Notes under the pieces: generated by a model
The model's input: only the letters and a program-made list of their open reading frames with translations
What the model was told of the DNA's origin: nothing
Database searches by the model: none
Part shown: in pieces, positions 1 through 9,907 of the stretch
How positions within the stretch are numbered: position 1 is the first letter of the stretch
Layout: each line of letters opens with the position of its first letter
Program-made: the position numbers and the translations under genes
Assembly (NCBI GenBank): GCA_964436175.1
Contig: CAYTBX010000003.1
Coordinates: 1-52,068 of the forward strand
Length of the DNA stretch: 52,068 bases
Source of the DNA: an uncultured Candidatus Saccharibacteria bacterium
Lineage (GTDB): Bacteria; Patescibacteriota; Minisyncoccia; UBA6257; UBA11618
Direction: 5' to 3'

Positions 1-52
1 ACATACGTATATGTAAATCACTTAATTACATGAAAATGGTATTATAGATGCA

Positions 53-1753
53 ATGATAGCTACTCTACGAAAGATTAGCGTAATGAGCGCTTCCGCATTC
101 ATTCTGGCAAGCATACTCATGCCTTTTTTTACGGCTACTGCCAAGCAATCACCGACCCAAAAAGATACTTCATGGCACCAACATGGCTATTGGTTTCGCG
201 ATGATGACGGAAGCGAAGCGGAGGCAACTGGATGGGGACTAAGAGACCTGCAAAAAAATGGAGATATCGTCATTACCGATGCGGCGCAATTCCAAGACGG
301 AGCGCTCCGTCTACGTATGGGGGTTTCGGCGAAAAAAACAGGCGGAACTCTCACTCCCCGCCTTGCATTTAAAAATACAGGGACGGCCGGCGATTGTAAT
401 GACGGGGATTGGACCCTTATCAAAGACACGGAAACGCCTTTCGCCTTTCGCAGCTCTTCGCATACAGCGGACGGAACCGGCACAACGCAGCAACTGGATA
501 ACGGATCAGGATTCGTTTCCGGATTATTTCTCGGAATGGCAGATACCGCCCCCGCAATAACGCTCGAAAAAAATAGCCGCACGGAATACGAGTGGTCACT
601 GCAATACAACAAGCCGTTTATTGCGGAGATGGCAACATATACGCTCCGCGTAACCGATAACGGACTGCCGTTCGACACATACGGAACATGCCCCGCTATC
701 AGTATTACCCCGCCTGCGCCGACGATTACCTTCACTATAACACCCACATCCATCACGCACGGGGAATCGGCACTTATCTCATGGTCAGCTTCTTCGGCAA
801 TCGCATGCAATGCCGCCGCGAATCCGGCAGATGTGGACTGGAGCGGAGAAAAGCCGCTTTCAGGCACTCAAAACGTTGCGTCAGCACAATCCACTTCATA
901 CGGCATAACATGCGCAAATGGCAGCGGATCGACAACGCAATCAATCTCACTAACTGTCGATGAGGCACCTCCTCCGCCACCGCCGGTAGTTACTCCGCCT
1001 ACGCCAATAAGCCAATCAGGGCCAAGCGAAAGACCGTTACCGCCGTCATCCATAACTTTTTCAGGAGCAACGTCCCCTGGAGCGCATGTAAAGATAGTCG
1101 CCCGCGACCGAAAATATGAGCGCGATATACCCATTAAAGAAATAGTTTCTGCGGATAACGGAAGCTTCGAAATCCAATTCGTAGATACGCAAGGCTTCAG
1201 CTTTTATACTTTCATAGTTATTGATAAAGAAGGCCGCCTTGCCCATAATCAAATGTTTAACTTCGATACGCCTGGCTATGCCGTATTGAAAAAAGATTTT
1301 CTCGTTTCGCCTACGCTCGGATTCGCACGAAGTACAGTATCCAAGGGCGACGTCATGACATTTATCGGGTACGCGACACCAGAAAGCGACATTACGATAC
1401 GCGTCGATCCCGACCGTACTATTACAACTAAAACCGAAAAAGACGGCTCATATCGGGTGATCATGAGTACGGGCGGCTTGGCGTACGGCTTGTATGCAGC
1501 GACTGCAACGCAACACGGAAAAGATGGTGCGAAAAATGCCAGCTCACCGAAAAAAATATTTTCCATATCAAGGTTGATGAACCCCAGAGTCGATTTCGAT
1601 GGCTCCGGAGCAGTAGATATACGGGACTTAAGTATATTTGCCGCACGCTGGGCTTCGACCGACCCTAAAAAACGCACAACTATCGACCTTAATGGCGACG
1701 GAGCAGTAACCATCTCCGATCTCAGCGTTTTCATACGCACGATGAAACAATAG
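53..1753 (+). CDS. Secreted Ig-like repeat protein with proline-rich linker and C-terminal dockerin-like repeat pair
   Basis: N-terminal hydrophobic signal-like segment (SASAFILASILMPFFTATA). PPPPPPVVTPPTP linker. C-terminus carries two Ca-loop-like repeats, DFDGSGAVDIRDL and DLNGDGAVTISDL, typical of type I dockerin. ATG at 53, TAG at 1751. Confidence 0.8.
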   Translation: MIATLRKISVMSASAFILASILMPFFTATAKQSPTQKDTSWHQHGYWFRDDDGSEAEATGWGLRDLQKNGDIVITDAAQFQDGALRLRMGVSAKKTGGTLTPRLAFKNTGTAGDCNDGDWTLIKDTETPFAFRSSSHTADGTGTTQQLDNGSGFVSGLFLGMADTAPAITLEKNSRTEYEWSLQYNKPFIAEMATYTLRVTDNGLPFDTYGTCPAISITPPAPTITFTITPTSITHGESALISWSASSAIACNAAANPADVDWSGEKPLSGTQNVASAQSTSYGITCANGSGSTTQSISLTVDEAPPPPPPVVTPPTPISQSGPSERPLPPSSITFSGATSPGAHVKIVARDRKYERDIPIKEIVSADNGSFEIQFVDTQGFSFYTFIVIDKEGRLAHNQMFNFDTPGYAVLKKDFLVSPTLGFARSTVSKGDVMTFIGYATPESDITIRVDPDRTITTKTEKDGSYRVIMSTGGLAYGLYAATATQHGKDGAKNASSPKKIFSISRLMNPRVDFDGSGAVDIRDLSIFAARWASTDPKKRTTIDLNGDGAVTISDLSVFIRTMKQ

Positions 1754-1755
1754 CC

Positions 1756-3678
1756 ATGAAATATTTCCCAAAACTTATTCTTATCGCTTTCTTCGCATTT
1801 ACTGCCGCGCATGAAACACATGCGGCAACGATGTTCTTATCGAACGACGGCGGTATCGCCCATATGGGCGACGGCGTGCTGATGACGGTACGCATAAGCA
1901 GCGAAGAGAGCGGGTTCAATGCCGCGCAGGGAACAATTACGTTCCCAACAAACATCCTCGAAGCCGTATCGATAAGCACGTCGCCCTCCGCCTTCACTTT
2001 TTGGATCGAAGAGCCTTCATTTTCCAATGAAACGGGAAAAATACAATTTCTCGGGGGCGACACGAGCGGCTTAACGGGTAAGGCACTTCCTATAATCACG
2101 GTTGTTTTCAAAATTAAGGGATTAGGCGATGCTAACGTCGTTATTACGGACGGAGCCATAACCGCAAGCGACGGCAGCGGAACTAACATCCTTTCCGAAA
2201 TGAAAGGCATTAAAATATCCGCACTCTCAAAAGAATATAGCAAAGTGCTAGAAGCGCCGAAGCAGATTGTGCGAATGGCAGAGCCATCTAAAAAACTGCC
2301 TGTAAAACCAGAAGTCTCCATTCCGATTTATCCCCTACCGGAAAAGTGGTACAACGCATCCACGCCTTTTTTCGTAACATGGCAATTACCGGCCGATATT
2401 ACCGATGTAGCGACAGCGCTGAACAGCAACCCTTCTTTCCTGCCAAATAAATCCGAGGGATTATTCGATGGTAAAATGCTCCCATCTTTAACCGATGGGA
2501 TTTCATACATCCATGTCCGATTCAAAAATACGACGGGATGGGGTCCTGCAAACCATTACCGTATCGGCATAGATACCATCGCCCCTCGACCTTTCACGAT
2601 AGAAGTTCCCGCCGGCATTGCAAGCGATGATCCGCAGCCAATCATTCAATTCGAAAGCGTTGATGCCGCTTCCGGTATAGACCATTACGAAATACGCACT
2701 ACTACCGGCAATCTTATTACAACCGAATCTAATTCCCAAAAACTTCCGCTTCTTGCCCCCGGAAAACATGCGATACGGGTGCGCGCCGTCGATCGTGCGG
2801 GTAATGGCAACGAACAAAGTATCGATATTGAAACTATCCCTATTGCGTCTCCACGTATAACAGCTATTGATAAAAAACTCTTTAGAGCAGGAAACGGACT
2901 CATGTTTCAGGGAATCGCTACGCAAAAAACGACGATTCTCTACTCACTTAAAACCGAGGATGGACAGAAAATTACAGCGGGGGAAACTCCCGTTGATGAA
3001 AACGGTAATTGGTTTATAAAAGACGATCAGGCTATTACGCGGGGGAATTACTTCGTCGAAATAGTAGCAAGAGATGAAAGAGGAGCATTAAGCTTATTCG
3101 TTAAATCCGATCCCCTACGCTCCGCCCTCGGTGAACGCGGCATATTCTTAACAGGTGGCCTCATAGCGGGATTTATTGTAATCCTCCTTGCATGCATCTA
3201 CGGACTACTCATGCTTATACCGAGCCAGATACTTAAAAAATCGAGTGTCCTCACGAGCCTGAAAATAAAAATATCCTCCTTCGCCGCCCGGTTAAAAGGA
3301 GACCGTTTTAAATATTACCAAGGGAGTATTACATCCTTGAAAAAGGGATTCGATTACGTTCAGGACCATGTCGTTATTACCGACCCGCGCGGAAGCATTC
3401 TGTACGCGAATAAAGCGGTTGAAAAAGCAACGGGCTTCAGAGCAGCGGATATCATCGGTAAAAACCCCGGCGACCTATGGGGCAGCAATATGCCCGAAGA
3501 ATTCTATAAAAAAATGTGGCATACGATAAAAGTGGAAAAAAAGCCGTTTATCGGCAAAGTGAAGAATAAACGGAAGGATGGCACATGGTACTGGCAGGAA
3601 GTAAGGATATCCCCCGTTTTCGACGCCCACGGAAAAATAAAATATTTCATCAGCATTCAGCCGGTTATAATCAAGTAA
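1756..3678 (+). CDS. Cohesin-domain surface protein with Ig-like middle region, one TM helix and a C-terminal PAS domain
   Basis: Signal-like N-terminus. Cohesin-like block (...FTFWIEEPSFSNETGKIQFLGGDTSGLTGKALPIITVVFKIKGLGDANV...). TM segment GIFLTGGLIAGFIVILLACIYGLLMLIP. C-terminal PAS-like block (VVITDPRGSILYANKAVEKATGF...DGTWYWQEVRISPVFD). Starts 2 nt after the stop of the upstream gene. Confidence 0.75.
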   Translation: MKYFPKLILIAFFAFTAAHETHAATMFLSNDGGIAHMGDGVLMTVRISSEESGFNAAQGTITFPTNILEAVSISTSPSAFTFWIEEPSFSNETGKIQFLGGDTSGLTGKALPIITVVFKIKGLGDANVVITDGAITASDGSGTNILSEMKGIKISALSKEYSKVLEAPKQIVRMAEPSKKLPVKPEVSIPIYPLPEKWYNASTPFFVTWQLPADITDVATALNSNPSFLPNKSEGLFDGKMLPSLTDGISYIHVRFKNTTGWGPANHYRIGIDTIAPRPFTIEVPAGIASDDPQPIIQFESVDAASGIDHYEIRTTTGNLITTESNSQKLPLLAPGKHAIRVRAVDRAGNGNEQSIDIETIPIASPRITAIDKKLFRAGNGLMFQGIATQKTTILYSLKTEDGQKITAGETPVDENGNWFIKDDQAITRGNYFVEIVARDERGALSLFVKSDPLRSALGERGIFLTGGLIAGFIVILLACIYGLLMLIPSQILKKSSVLTSLKIKISSFAARLKGDRFKYYQGSITSLKKGFDYVQDHVVITDPRGSILYANKAVEKATGFRAADIIGKNPGDLWGSNMPEEFYKKMWHTIKVEKKPFIGKVKNKRKDGTWYWQEVRISPVFDAHGKIKYFISIQPVIIK

Positions 3679-3697
3679 TCACTTTGCGAAATTTACG

Positions 3698-4168
3698 CTA
3701 AGCACGAATGCGTTCGTCCGCTAGGGCGATTTCTTCGGCTATGCCTTCTATCAGGTCGTAGTTTTTCGCCTCCTCGGGCGTAACCCATGCGTATTCCATA
3801 CTCTCCTTATCCAAAACCACTTCGCCGGATTTCCAGTCCGCGTAAAAACTAAGTACTACCGCCGGCGTGCCGTCGGGGATAATAAATGTTAAATCCAAAA
3901 GGTAATGAAGTGGACCGACTTCCAAACCTACTTCCTCAAAAATCTCGCGCCGCAGGGATTTCTCAACGGCTCCATACCATTGCTTTCCGTTAGGCGTGGA
4001 CGGCGGCGTGCCGAAATAATCATCCGTCTCCAAGCCACCGCCCGGCACTATCCACTTCCCTGGGAACGACTTCTTTTCGAGGCTCCGGCGCGCTATGAGG
4101 TACTTTCCGTCCTTATGGATGATTGCCGTAGAGGCGACGCGGTGCAGATCCTTGTATTTGGGTTCCAT
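3698..4168 (-). CDS. NUDIX hydrolase
   Basis: Nudix box GGGLETDD...SLRREIFEEVGLEV (GX5EX7REUXEEXGU pattern). Confidence 0.8.
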   Translation of the reverse strand: MEPKYKDLHRVASTAIIHKDGKYLIARRSLEKKSFPGKWIVPGGGLETDDYFGTPPSTPNGKQWYGAVEKSLRREIFEEVGLEVGPLHYLLDLTFIIPDGTPAVVLSFYADWKSGEVVLDKESMEYAWVTPEEAKNYDLIEGIAEEIALADERIRA

Positions 4169-4177
4169 GACCGGATA

Positions 4178-5032
4178 CTACAACAAAGCGAAATACCACG
4201 CCATGAGTTTTTCTATGTAAAAAATATGGATAAAGAAGCCAATAGTCATGAAGGGGCCAAATGGGACCATCGTCTTCATGGTTGTGTGGCCTTTACCCCA
4301 ACGCACAAGTAGCAGGCCCATGCTCCAGACACCGCCTACGAGGAACGAAAGCGCTAAGGCGAATACGATATCAGGGAAACCAATAATCAAGCCCATTGCG
4401 CCTGCGAGCTTAACGTCGCCCATGCCCATTGCACGCCCGCGACTCAAGAGGACTATAAGGCCAAGGGATGTTAAACCGAATACGGCGCCTGCCGCATGAT
4501 TGAGGAACGGGCTCGCAAATTGTGGAAAGAGCGCCGCATACGCGCCGAGGAACGAATCGCTGTATGACGAAAGCGCCACGCCCACGAGGGATAATCCCAC
4601 AACCGTCTCGTCGGGAATGAGCATTAGCCGCATATCGACGACCGCGAGAATTATCATAAGGGCTATAACGGGAAGCCAGAGCGCGGCCATAAGAGCGGCG
4701 TGCGGATGCATGACGGGGAACGAATAATGCGAGTAAAAGAAAAGTGCCGGCAATAAGAACGCGCATGCCGTAACGATTTCCACGAGCGGATACTGGGGCG
4801 AAATACGCGCCTTGCACGCACGGCATTTGCCGCGTAAAAAAATAAAGCTAAAAAGCGGCACGAGGTCGTACCATTTGAGCTGCGCCTTGCAATGCATGCA
4901 ATGTGACCTGCCGCCGAGCCCCTTGAACGAAAATAACGGCTGAACGCCCTCGTAACGGAAGATAACGACGTTAAGAAAACTCCCAATAGCGAGGCCGCTA
5001 GCGAAGAGAATCAGAAGCGCCGCCGTAAACAT
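4178..5032 (-). CDS. pilD: Prepilin peptidase (A24 family)
   Basis: Polytopic membrane protein with an N-terminal Cys-rich CxxC...CxxC region and a GMGDVKL motif. Lies directly downstream of the pilin gene. Confidence 0.85.
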   Translation of the reverse strand: MFTAALLILFASGLAIGSFLNVVIFRYEGVQPLFSFKGLGGRSHCMHCKAQLKWYDLVPLFSFIFLRGKCRACKARISPQYPLVEIVTACAFLLPALFFYSHYSFPVMHPHAALMAALWLPVIALMIILAVVDMRLMLIPDETVVGLSLVGVALSSYSDSFLGAYAALFPQFASPFLNHAAGAVFGLTSLGLIVLLSRGRAMGMGDVKLAGAMGLIIGFPDIVFALALSFLVGGVWSMGLLLVRWGKGHTTMKTMVPFGPFMTIGFFIHIFYIEKLMAWYFALL

Positions 5033-5035
5033 GAA

Positions 5036-5509
5036 CTAGAAACGTAAGCAGTAAAACTGATCAGATGCCTCGCTGCCGCAATCAACGCCGATAGTCTCCG
5101 CACCCGAACCGTCCACGTCGTCCTTCAATACTTGGTTGTTAGGGTCTTCGAGCTTTGCGCCCAAAACATAGCTCTGGCCGTTCGAACCGTACCGATAATG
5201 GTTGGTGCCTAGGAGAGGATCGTCCGATATGCCTGATACGCCGATTTCTGCCTCGATGAGCGTTCCTTCAAGCCCATCCCATGTGGTTAACGGGTAGCCG
5301 CCGAATTTGCCGTAGTAGAGTTCTAAGGCATTCTGCGTTTCGCGCAGGTCGGCAACGCGGCGCGCATCGCGGCCACGGGCGCGGAAAGAGCCTAAGCCCA
5401 CGAGCACGATAGATGAAAGCATGCCGATAATGGAAACGACAACGAGGATTTCTACGAGCGTAAAGCCCGACGGAGTTTTTAGTTTATAGTTTATAGTTTT
5501 TAGAGACAT
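5036..5509 (-). CDS. Type IV pilin (prepilin-type N-terminal cleavage/methylation domain)
   Basis: N-terminus ...KTPSGFTLVEILVVVSIIGMLSSIVLVGL matches the G/FTLxE prepilin motif followed by a hydrophobic helix. Confidence 0.85.
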   Translation of the reverse strand: MSLKTINYKLKTPSGFTLVEILVVVSIIGMLSSIVLVGLGSFRARGRDARRVADLRETQNALELYYGKFGGYPLTTWDGLEGTLIEAEIGVSGISDDPLLGTNHYRYGSNGQSYVLGAKLEDPNNQVLKDDVDGSGAETIGVDCGSEASDQFYCLRF

Positions 5510-5531
5510 ATTTTCATAATTCTTTGGCTAG

Positions 5532-5557
5532 TTTTTAACTAATCACTAAAAACTAAC
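5532..5557. repeat. 26-nt intergenic repeat, copy A (TTTTTAACTAATCACTAAAAACTAAC)
   Basis: Identical 26-mer at 19964-19989. Lies between the pilC stop and the pilin start. Confidence 0.9.
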
Positions 5558-5571
5558 CACTAATCACTCCG

Positions 5572-6780
5572 TTAAAATACTTGTACCAAATTGTATATCG
5601 GAAGCAGGATCGAGGCAAACAGCAAGCCAACACCCGCGCCGATCACTACCATTAAGGCCGGCTGTATAAGCTCCACTAAGTTACTTACCATGCCGTCCAC
5701 TTCGCGCGTATAAAACTGCGCCACACGAGAGAGCATATCATCGAGCCGACCCGTACTTTCGCCTACCGCCACCATCTGGCTTACAAGCGGGGGGAAATAC
5801 CGCTCCTCCGCCTCGAGCGCGCGCGAAAGGAGTTCGCCGCCACGGATTTTCTCGGCAACGCCGTGCAGGGCGTCGCGGTACAAAAGACTGCCAACCGTGT
5901 GCCCGCTCGTCTCTATCGCCTGCGCGATGGGGATGCCGCCCTTAATGAGTACGCTCATCGCTTCGCCAAAGCGCGCGACGTACGCCTGCCTCAGGAGCTT
6001 GCCGACGACGGGCAGCGACAGTACGACTTCGTCGAATACCACACCGCCTTCTTCGCTTCGCACGTATTCCACGAGGAAGGCGACGAAGGCGAGGGCGATC
6101 ACGACGAGCGCCAGCCACCAATTGGCGATGAAGTGCCCCAGCGCGAGGAATACCTGAGTGATGAGCGGTAAGGTGACGTTCGCATCCACGAATATGGGCT
6201 CGATCTGCGGGAAGACGACACCCATAAGCACGCCCGCGACGACGATGAAGAGTACTACGACGAATACGGGATAAATCATCGCGTTCTTAATTTTTGAAAC
6301 AAGCGTATTTTCCTTTTCCAAATAATCAGCGAGGAAGGCGACGGATTCTTGCACGCGGCCCGTGACTTCGGCGGACTTTATAAGGTTTATGTAAAACTCG
6401 GAGAATATGCCGCGGTGCCGCTCGAGCGCCTGCGATAATGCCAAGCCGGAGTCTATATCGCCGCTTATCTCAAACGCTGCATCGCGGAGTACCGGGTTAC
6501 GCGTTTGCCGGTAGAGCGCCTTGAAAGTATCGCCTAAGGGGATTGCCGCCTCGAGCATGGCCGCAAACTGGCGCGTAAAGACCATCACGTCCGCGCGCTT
6601 TACGCGGTTGAAGAAATTATTAATCGAGCCGAAGAACGACTGCGTATCCGTACCTTCAATCGAAAGCACGTATAGTTCGTGGCCGTGCAAGCTGTTTAAC
6701 GCCGCGTCTTTCGTAATGGCGTCGACGAAGCCTACCTGCAGCTCCCCTGTTTTGGTACGCGCGCTATACCGGAATTTCAT
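5572..6780 (-). CDS. pilC: Type IV pilus assembly platform protein (GspF/PilC family)
   Basis: About 400 aa with the two-repeat GspF architecture and TM segments. Sits between the pilT/pilB ATPase genes and the pilin gene. Confidence 0.85.
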   Translation of the reverse strand: MKFRYSARTKTGELQVGFVDAITKDAALNSLHGHELYVLSIEGTDTQSFFGSINNFFNRVKRADVMVFTRQFAAMLEAAIPLGDTFKALYRQTRNPVLRDAAFEISGDIDSGLALSQALERHRGIFSEFYINLIKSAEVTGRVQESVAFLADYLEKENTLVSKIKNAMIYPVFVVVLFIVVAGVLMGVVFPQIEPIFVDANVTLPLITQVFLALGHFIANWWLALVVIALAFVAFLVEYVRSEEGGVVFDEVVLSLPVVGKLLRQAYVARFGEAMSVLIKGGIPIAQAIETSGHTVGSLLYRDALHGVAEKIRGGELLSRALEAEERYFPPLVSQMVAVGESTGRLDDMLSRVAQFYTREVDGMVSNLVELIQPALMVVIGAGVGLLFASILLPIYNLVQVF

Positions 6781-6792
6781 TAGTAATTAATA

Positions 6793-7866
6793 CTATGCTG
6801 ATCGTTCGACTAATACTTTAAGTTCGGCGGGGTTCTGGGAGTAAATAAGGGCTTGTTCTAAGGAAACGATACGGCGGTCGATAAGGCTCGCGAGCGAGCG
6901 GTTAAGGGTTATCATGCCTTCTTGCGAACTCGTTTCGATCACGAGGTCTATCTGGTACGACTTGCGCTCGCGGATAAGGTTGCGGATAGCGGGGTTTACG
7001 AACATGATCTCCATTGCCGGTACGCGGCCGCCGTCCACGCGTGGCACGAGGCGTTGGGAAATAATAGCAACGAGCGTTGCCGCAAGCTGGCTCGTTACCT
7101 GCCCCTGCTGCTCAGCCGGAAAAGAATCGATAATACGGTTAACTGTCTGCGCCGCGGAATTAGTGTGGAGCGTGGCGAACGCCAAGTGGCCGGTTTCGGC
7201 CGCGGTCATCGCGGTTGCCATCGAAACAGGGTCTCGCATTTCGCCGATCATAAGCACGTCCGGGTCTTGGCGCAAAACGGAACGGAGGGCGCGATGAAAG
7301 CCTAAGGTATCCGCACCCACTTCGCGCTGGGAGATAATTGCCCTGTCTTGCGTAAAGAGATACTCGATAGGGTCTTCGATAGTTATGATATGGTCCGTGC
7401 GTGTGTGGTTGATTTCATCCACGAGCGCGGCGAGCGTAGTGGACTTGCCGTGGCCCGCGGGGCCGACGACCAAGACGAACCCCTGCGAGAGTTTGGTAAG
7501 GTCGTGCACGATAGGCGGCAAGCCAAGCTCTTCGACTGTACGCACTTTCACGGGGATCAAGCGGAGCGCGGCAGCCGCAAAGCCTTTTTGCGTAAAGACG
7601 TTCACGCGGAAGCGTGCTTTATCTTCAAGCGAGTACGATAAATCTAATTCCTTTTTTTCCGCGAAGACTTTCTTCTGCTCGTCGTTAAGTAATGCCTGCG
7701 TAAGACCCTCGGCAACCTCGGGCGTTATAATCTGCTCGCCCGTTAAAGGGATCAAAGCGCCATCCAACCGCAACGTCGGCGGCTGACCCACACCGATATG
7801 TAAATCACTCGCGTTCTGCCGCGCGGTAGCAAGTAATAACTCCGTAAGCTTCGCCTGATAGTCCAT
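6793..7866 (-). CDS. pilT: Twitching-motility retraction ATPase (PilT family)
   Basis: Walker A GPAGHGKST. PilT-type motifs IITIEDPIE, RSVLRQDPDVLMIGEMRD and ETGHLAFATLHT. Confidence 0.9.
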   Translation of the reverse strand: MDYQAKLTELLLATARQNASDLHIGVGQPPTLRLDGALIPLTGEQIITPEVAEGLTQALLNDEQKKVFAEKKELDLSYSLEDKARFRVNVFTQKGFAAAALRLIPVKVRTVEELGLPPIVHDLTKLSQGFVLVVGPAGHGKSTTLAALVDEINHTRTDHIITIEDPIEYLFTQDRAIISQREVGADTLGFHRALRSVLRQDPDVLMIGEMRDPVSMATAMTAAETGHLAFATLHTNSAAQTVNRIIDSFPAEQQGQVTSQLAATLVAIISQRLVPRVDGGRVPAMEIMFVNPAIRNLIRERKSYQIDLVIETSSQEGMITLNRSLASLIDRRIVSLEQALIYSQNPAELKVLVERSA

Positions 7867-7889
7867 TAGAAAAAGTATAGCATTTGAAT

Positions 7890-9602
7890 TTACGACGCGC
7901 TTGTTTCGCGGAGGACTTCTTCTACGGAGATGAGGCCGGTGACGGCTTTAAGCAAGCCGTCTTGCCTGAGGGTTAACATACCTTGGCGTACCGCTTCGCC
8001 CGCGACGTTGCCCGCGGACGGATCCTTAGCTATCACAACGCCTAGTTCGCGCGTCATTTCGAATACCTCAAATATTGCCACGCGGCCAGTAATCCCCTTG
8101 TTGCGGCAGGTCTTGCAGCCCTCCGCGCGCCATACTTCGTACGGGCCTTTCTGCAACGCGCCGATTTCTTTTTCTAAAAGCTCCGCGATTTCAGGCGACG
8201 GCGCTTCGGACTTTTTGCACGCATCGCATAAGCGACCCACCAAGCGCTGAGAAACCATCAAGTTCAATGCCGAAGGTAAAAGGAACGCATCAACGCCCAT
8301 GTCGATAAGGCGCGGAATAACGCCTGCCGCGTCGTTCGTGTGAATAGTAGACAACACGACGTGGCCGGTAAGAGCCGCATGCACCGCAAGCTCCGCCGTT
8401 TCCTTATCGCGAATTTCGCCGACCATGATCACGTCCGGATCCTGCCGCAAAATTTCACGCAAGCCCGAGGCGAAGTCGTAGCCGATCTCCGGCCGCACCT
8501 GCGACTGGTTAACGCCGTCCATAGTGTATTCCACGGGGTCTTCCAAACTCACGACGTTAGCGCCTTCGGTATTAAGCCCACGCATCAGGGCATACAAAGT
8601 AGTCGTTTTGCCGGACCCGGTAGGGCCGCTTATTAAAATCATGCCGAAGGGTTTACCAAGGGACGAACGCACTGCCTTTTCGTTATGGCCCTGCAACCCC
8701 AAGTCTTCGAGCTTCTTCAAGCCCGTCTGCGGGTCGAGCACGCGGATGGCGATTTTTTCGCCCGCGGGCGTGGGGAAGGTGGATACGCGGTAGTCGATGT
8801 CGCGCCCGAAAAGCACCGTACGGAAACGGCCGTCTTGCGGCGTGCGCGTTTCGTCGATCTTCAAGTTCGCCAAGATTTTTATGCGCGAGACTATTGGCTG
8901 GTGCAAATCGAGCGGCACGGTCGCCACTTCTTGCAACACACCGTCTAAGCGCAAGCGAATACGCAGGCGGTCGCGCTGGGGCTCTATGTGAATATCTGAA
9001 GCACCGGAACTCACTGCCTCTTTTAAAGTAGACGAAACGATCTTAATAACCGGCACGTCTTCGTTTACCGATACCGCCTCTTCGAGCAGCTTTACCTTGC
9101 GCTCGCCGGATGTGGATCCCCCGCGGCCGCCACCCATCCCCTGCAAAGCGCTCTCCACCGTCGCCGAAAATGGCGAATACTTGCGCATGATGAGCTCCAA
9201 GTCCGAAGGCGTTATGACGTACACGCCAAGCGACACGCGATTCCGCTTGGCGATAAAGCGGAGCGCCTCCTGCGCCTTCACGTCGTCGGGGTGCACCATA
9301 CCCACAACGAGCATATCACCCTGCCGCGACAGGGGTGCTGCCTTGTACGTGGAGACGGTTTCCTCCGGCACCATCTTAATCAATTCCGGCGTTATGCCTT
9401 CGGTTGAGACCTTAGCGTACGGAATATTTAAAACCACGGACTTCGCGCGGGCGACTTCGGCTTCGGCAACCAAACGGCGGTCGTAAATAATATCTTCCGC
9501 CCGCTTGCTGATAGCGACGGATTCGCGCAGCAACGCATCGCCTTGGCTTTGAGACAAGAACTGCCCGTCGACGAGCGCTTGTATTAATGCGTGTTCATCC
9601 AT
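7890..9602 (-). CDS. pilB: Type IV pilus extension ATPase (GspE/PilB family)
   Basis: Walker A GPTGSGKTTT. Motifs VSLEDPVE and ILRQDPDVIMVGEIRD. Tetracysteine CDACK...CKTCRNKG. Confidence 0.9.
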   Translation of the reverse strand: MDEHALIQALVDGQFLSQSQGDALLRESVAISKRAEDIIYDRRLVAEAEVARAKSVVLNIPYAKVSTEGITPELIKMVPEETVSTYKAAPLSRQGDMLVVGMVHPDDVKAQEALRFIAKRNRVSLGVYVITPSDLELIMRKYSPFSATVESALQGMGGGRGGSTSGERKVKLLEEAVSVNEDVPVIKIVSSTLKEAVSSGASDIHIEPQRDRLRIRLRLDGVLQEVATVPLDLHQPIVSRIKILANLKIDETRTPQDGRFRTVLFGRDIDYRVSTFPTPAGEKIAIRVLDPQTGLKKLEDLGLQGHNEKAVRSSLGKPFGMILISGPTGSGKTTTLYALMRGLNTEGANVVSLEDPVEYTMDGVNQSQVRPEIGYDFASGLREILRQDPDVIMVGEIRDKETAELAVHAALTGHVVLSTIHTNDAAGVIPRLIDMGVDAFLLPSALNLMVSQRLVGRLCDACKKSEAPSPEIAELLEKEIGALQKGPYEVWRAEGCKTCRNKGITGRVAIFEVFEMTRELGVVIAKDPSAGNVAGEAVRQGMLTLRQDGLLKAVTGLISVEEVLRETSAS

Positions 9603-9611
9603 GGCGGAAAA

Positions 9612-9902
9612 CTATAACGGCAAGAAAGGATTCGAGCGACCAAGACTGCCGACCCCCGGCACCGTGCCGTACTGCTTGAAACCCTTAAGCACAGGGCTCT
9701 CGATAATCTTCCCCGCGTCGAGCTTGATATTCGAAATCTTCTCCGTCGCATCAAGCTGTACCGGCGCGATTATCTCGATAGCGGGCGTGGGCCCAAAGAA
9801 CAGGAAGAACCCGCCACCGAAAATGACAGCGAGCAAGAATATGAAAACGGCAATGCCGAACCAGTTAACGCTACGCCTCGTTTGTTCGATGATTAATGCC
9901 AT
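9612..9902 (-). CDS. Small single-pass membrane protein of the pilus cluster (function unknown)
   Basis: N-terminal TM segment WFGIAVFIFLLAVIFGGGFFLFFG. Tightly packed between pilB and the pilO-like gene. Confidence 0.5.
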   Translation of the reverse strand: MALIIEQTRRSVNWFGIAVFIFLLAVIFGGGFFLFFGPTPAIEIIAPVQLDATEKISNIKLDAGKIIESPVLKGFKQYGTVPGVGSLGRSNPFLPL

Positions 9903-9907
9903 ATTTT

